Assembly: GCA_051117555.1 (NCBI GenBank)
Contig: JBNPEG010000017.1
Span: 1 to 64,000 of the forward strand
DNA: 64,000 nucleotides
Direction of reading: 5' to 3'
DNA from: Elainellaceae cyanobacterium
GTDB lineage: Bacteria > Cyanobacteriota > Cyanobacteriia > CAZCXK01
Position numbers and translations under genes: made by a program. Every line of letters starts with the position of its first letter. Within the stretch, counting starts at the first letter, position 1. Below are positions 62,898 to 64,000 of the stretch, one piece after another. The notes beneath the pieces were generated by a model. It was not told the DNA's origin. It searched no databases and was given only the letters and a program-made list of their open reading frames with translations.

Positions 62898-63673
62898 AAT
62901 ATCCAATGATTACACCGTGGGGTGTGTACTCGGTTTGGCATCGCCATGCGAGAGTCTACCAACGTACCTGGCTCGTCAATTTCTTGCCTCCCATTTCAGA
63001 ACCGATTGTCTACTTGATTGCCTTTGGATACGGCTTGACTCCCTTAGTAGGCGAGGTCATCTACAACGGTCAAGCCGTTTCGTATCTAGAGTTCATCGCT
63101 CCCGGAATGATTGCACTGGGTGTCTTATTCCAATCTTTCTTTGAAGGCGCCTTTGGCAGCTTTATCCGGCTTAATTTTCAACGAACATGGCATGCCCTTT
63201 TAACGGCTCCTCTCAGCTTTTCCGAGGTGTTTGTAGGAGATTGGCTATGGGCTGCAACCAAAGGCATGATTGCGGGCAGCTTGACCGGACTGGTCGCCGT
63301 TGTTTGGGGGCTGTATTCAGGGTGGACACTGCTCGGCTCCATTCCCTTTATGTTTCTCGGAAGTCTGCTATTTGGCGGGATGGGGTTATTGACTGCCGGA
63401 GCTGTACGCCGAGTTGATCAAATCAATGTGCCGATTTTTGTTGTGATCATTCCCATGTTTACCCTGTGCGGGACGTATTTTCCGCGCGATACCCTCCCAC
63501 CCGTCTTAGAAAATATCGCGAGTGTGCTGCCATTAGCGCCGCTAGTAGACTTGTTACGCTGGCATATGGGATTACCGCCATTCTGGTGGCTCAGTTTGAT
63601 TTGGCTAGTCGGGTTGATGGCACTGTGTGTTGCGCTAGCCGTTCGAGTCATCTATCCCCAGCTTATTCGTTGA
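62894..63673 (+). CDS. ABC-2 exporter permease (NodJ-like)
   Basis: YLEFIAPG, LLTAPLS, GTYFP; ATGA overlap with the upstream gene. Confidence 0.92.
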   Translation: MKYPMITPWGVYSVWHRHARVYQRTWLVNFLPPISEPIVYLIAFGYGLTPLVGEVIYNGQAVSYLEFIAPGMIALGVLFQSFFEGAFGSFIRLNFQRTWHALLTAPLSFSEVFVGDWLWAATKGMIAGSLTGLVAVVWGLYSGWTLLGSIPFMFLGSLLFGGMGLLTAGAVRRVDQINVPIFVVIIPMFTLCGTYFPRDTLPPVLENIASVLPLAPLVDLLRWHMGLPPFWWLSLIWLVGLMALCVALAVRVIYPQLIR

Positions 63674-64000
63674 CGATGGGTGCTCTGTGATCCCAAAAGA
63701 TAGTAGAGTAAAGCAACGCACGATTTGTATAGCCACCCACGCGTAACGGCACATGGATTCTGGCGGTCTATCCAATAACACACTCCCAGAACAGTTAATC
63801 GACCTCGCGCTTCGTTCTGGTGCCGGAGCAGCTGAGGTATTTCAATCACAGTCATTGTCTCGCCCGGTCTTTTTTGAAGCAAATCGGTTAAAGCAATTAG
63901 AGAGTTCTCAGTCGGAAGGGATTGCGCTGCGACTCTGGTTTGAAGGCAGTCCTGGGCTGGCAGTGGCGTATGGTTCGGTAGAGCCACAAGTCTTAGTTGA
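63652..64000 (-). CDS. 3' end of a CDS entering from the right edge (unknown function)
   Basis: Frame stays open to the window edge; protein-like composition; overlaps the permease end by 22 nt. Confidence 0.55.
   Translation of the reverse strand, partial: QLRLVALPNHTPLPAQDCLQTRVAAQSLPTENSLIALTDLLQKRPGETMTVIEIPQLLRHQNEARGRLTVLGVCYWIDRQNPCAVTRGWLYKSCVALLYYLLGSQSTHRQRISWG

Noticed and set aside
1370..63690. Numerous 60-190 aa ORFs antisense to or nested in real genes (for example 39219-39800, 56058-56501, 28751-29185)
   Set aside because: Shadow ORFs of confidently identified genes, with no motifs.
1..64000. Frequent GCGATCGC octamers as a novel repeat
   Set aside because: This is HIP1, well known in cyanobacteria.

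Overview
Cyanobacterial chromosomal window: the HIP1 octamer GCGATCGC occurs throughout, alongside ndhH, rpaA, zds, CP12 and menD/menF. It is mostly core-genome content: ndhH, rsmH, cysC, an LptC-like gene, a LabA/NYN gene, an acyltransferase plus alpha/beta hydrolase pair, the cyanoexosortase B/Wza/Wzc EPS locus, rpaA, zds, a DICT-GAF histidine kinase, a CcmR/CmpR-type LysR regulator, CP12, UPF0182, a ferric-reductase-like oxidoreductase, two Crp-family regulators, MltA, a cation/H+ antiporter and a MarR-led ABC exporter operon. I saw no rRNA, tRNA, CRISPR array, prophage or transposase. The unusual content is mainly intergenic: a 20-unit 21-bp tandem array split by a 182-bp MITE (17-bp TIRs, 9-bp TSD), a TATAGC...GCTATA repeat family whose ends supply gene stop codons, a perfect 44-bp palindrome, and regulator boxes (HLR1, ATAG-N8-CTAT, CRP). 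There are also three small ORFs missed by the ORF track, a TIR/NDT-like two-gene unit and an apparently split ELT/PES-like lipid enzyme pair. All product calls come from motif recognition only; no searches were run.
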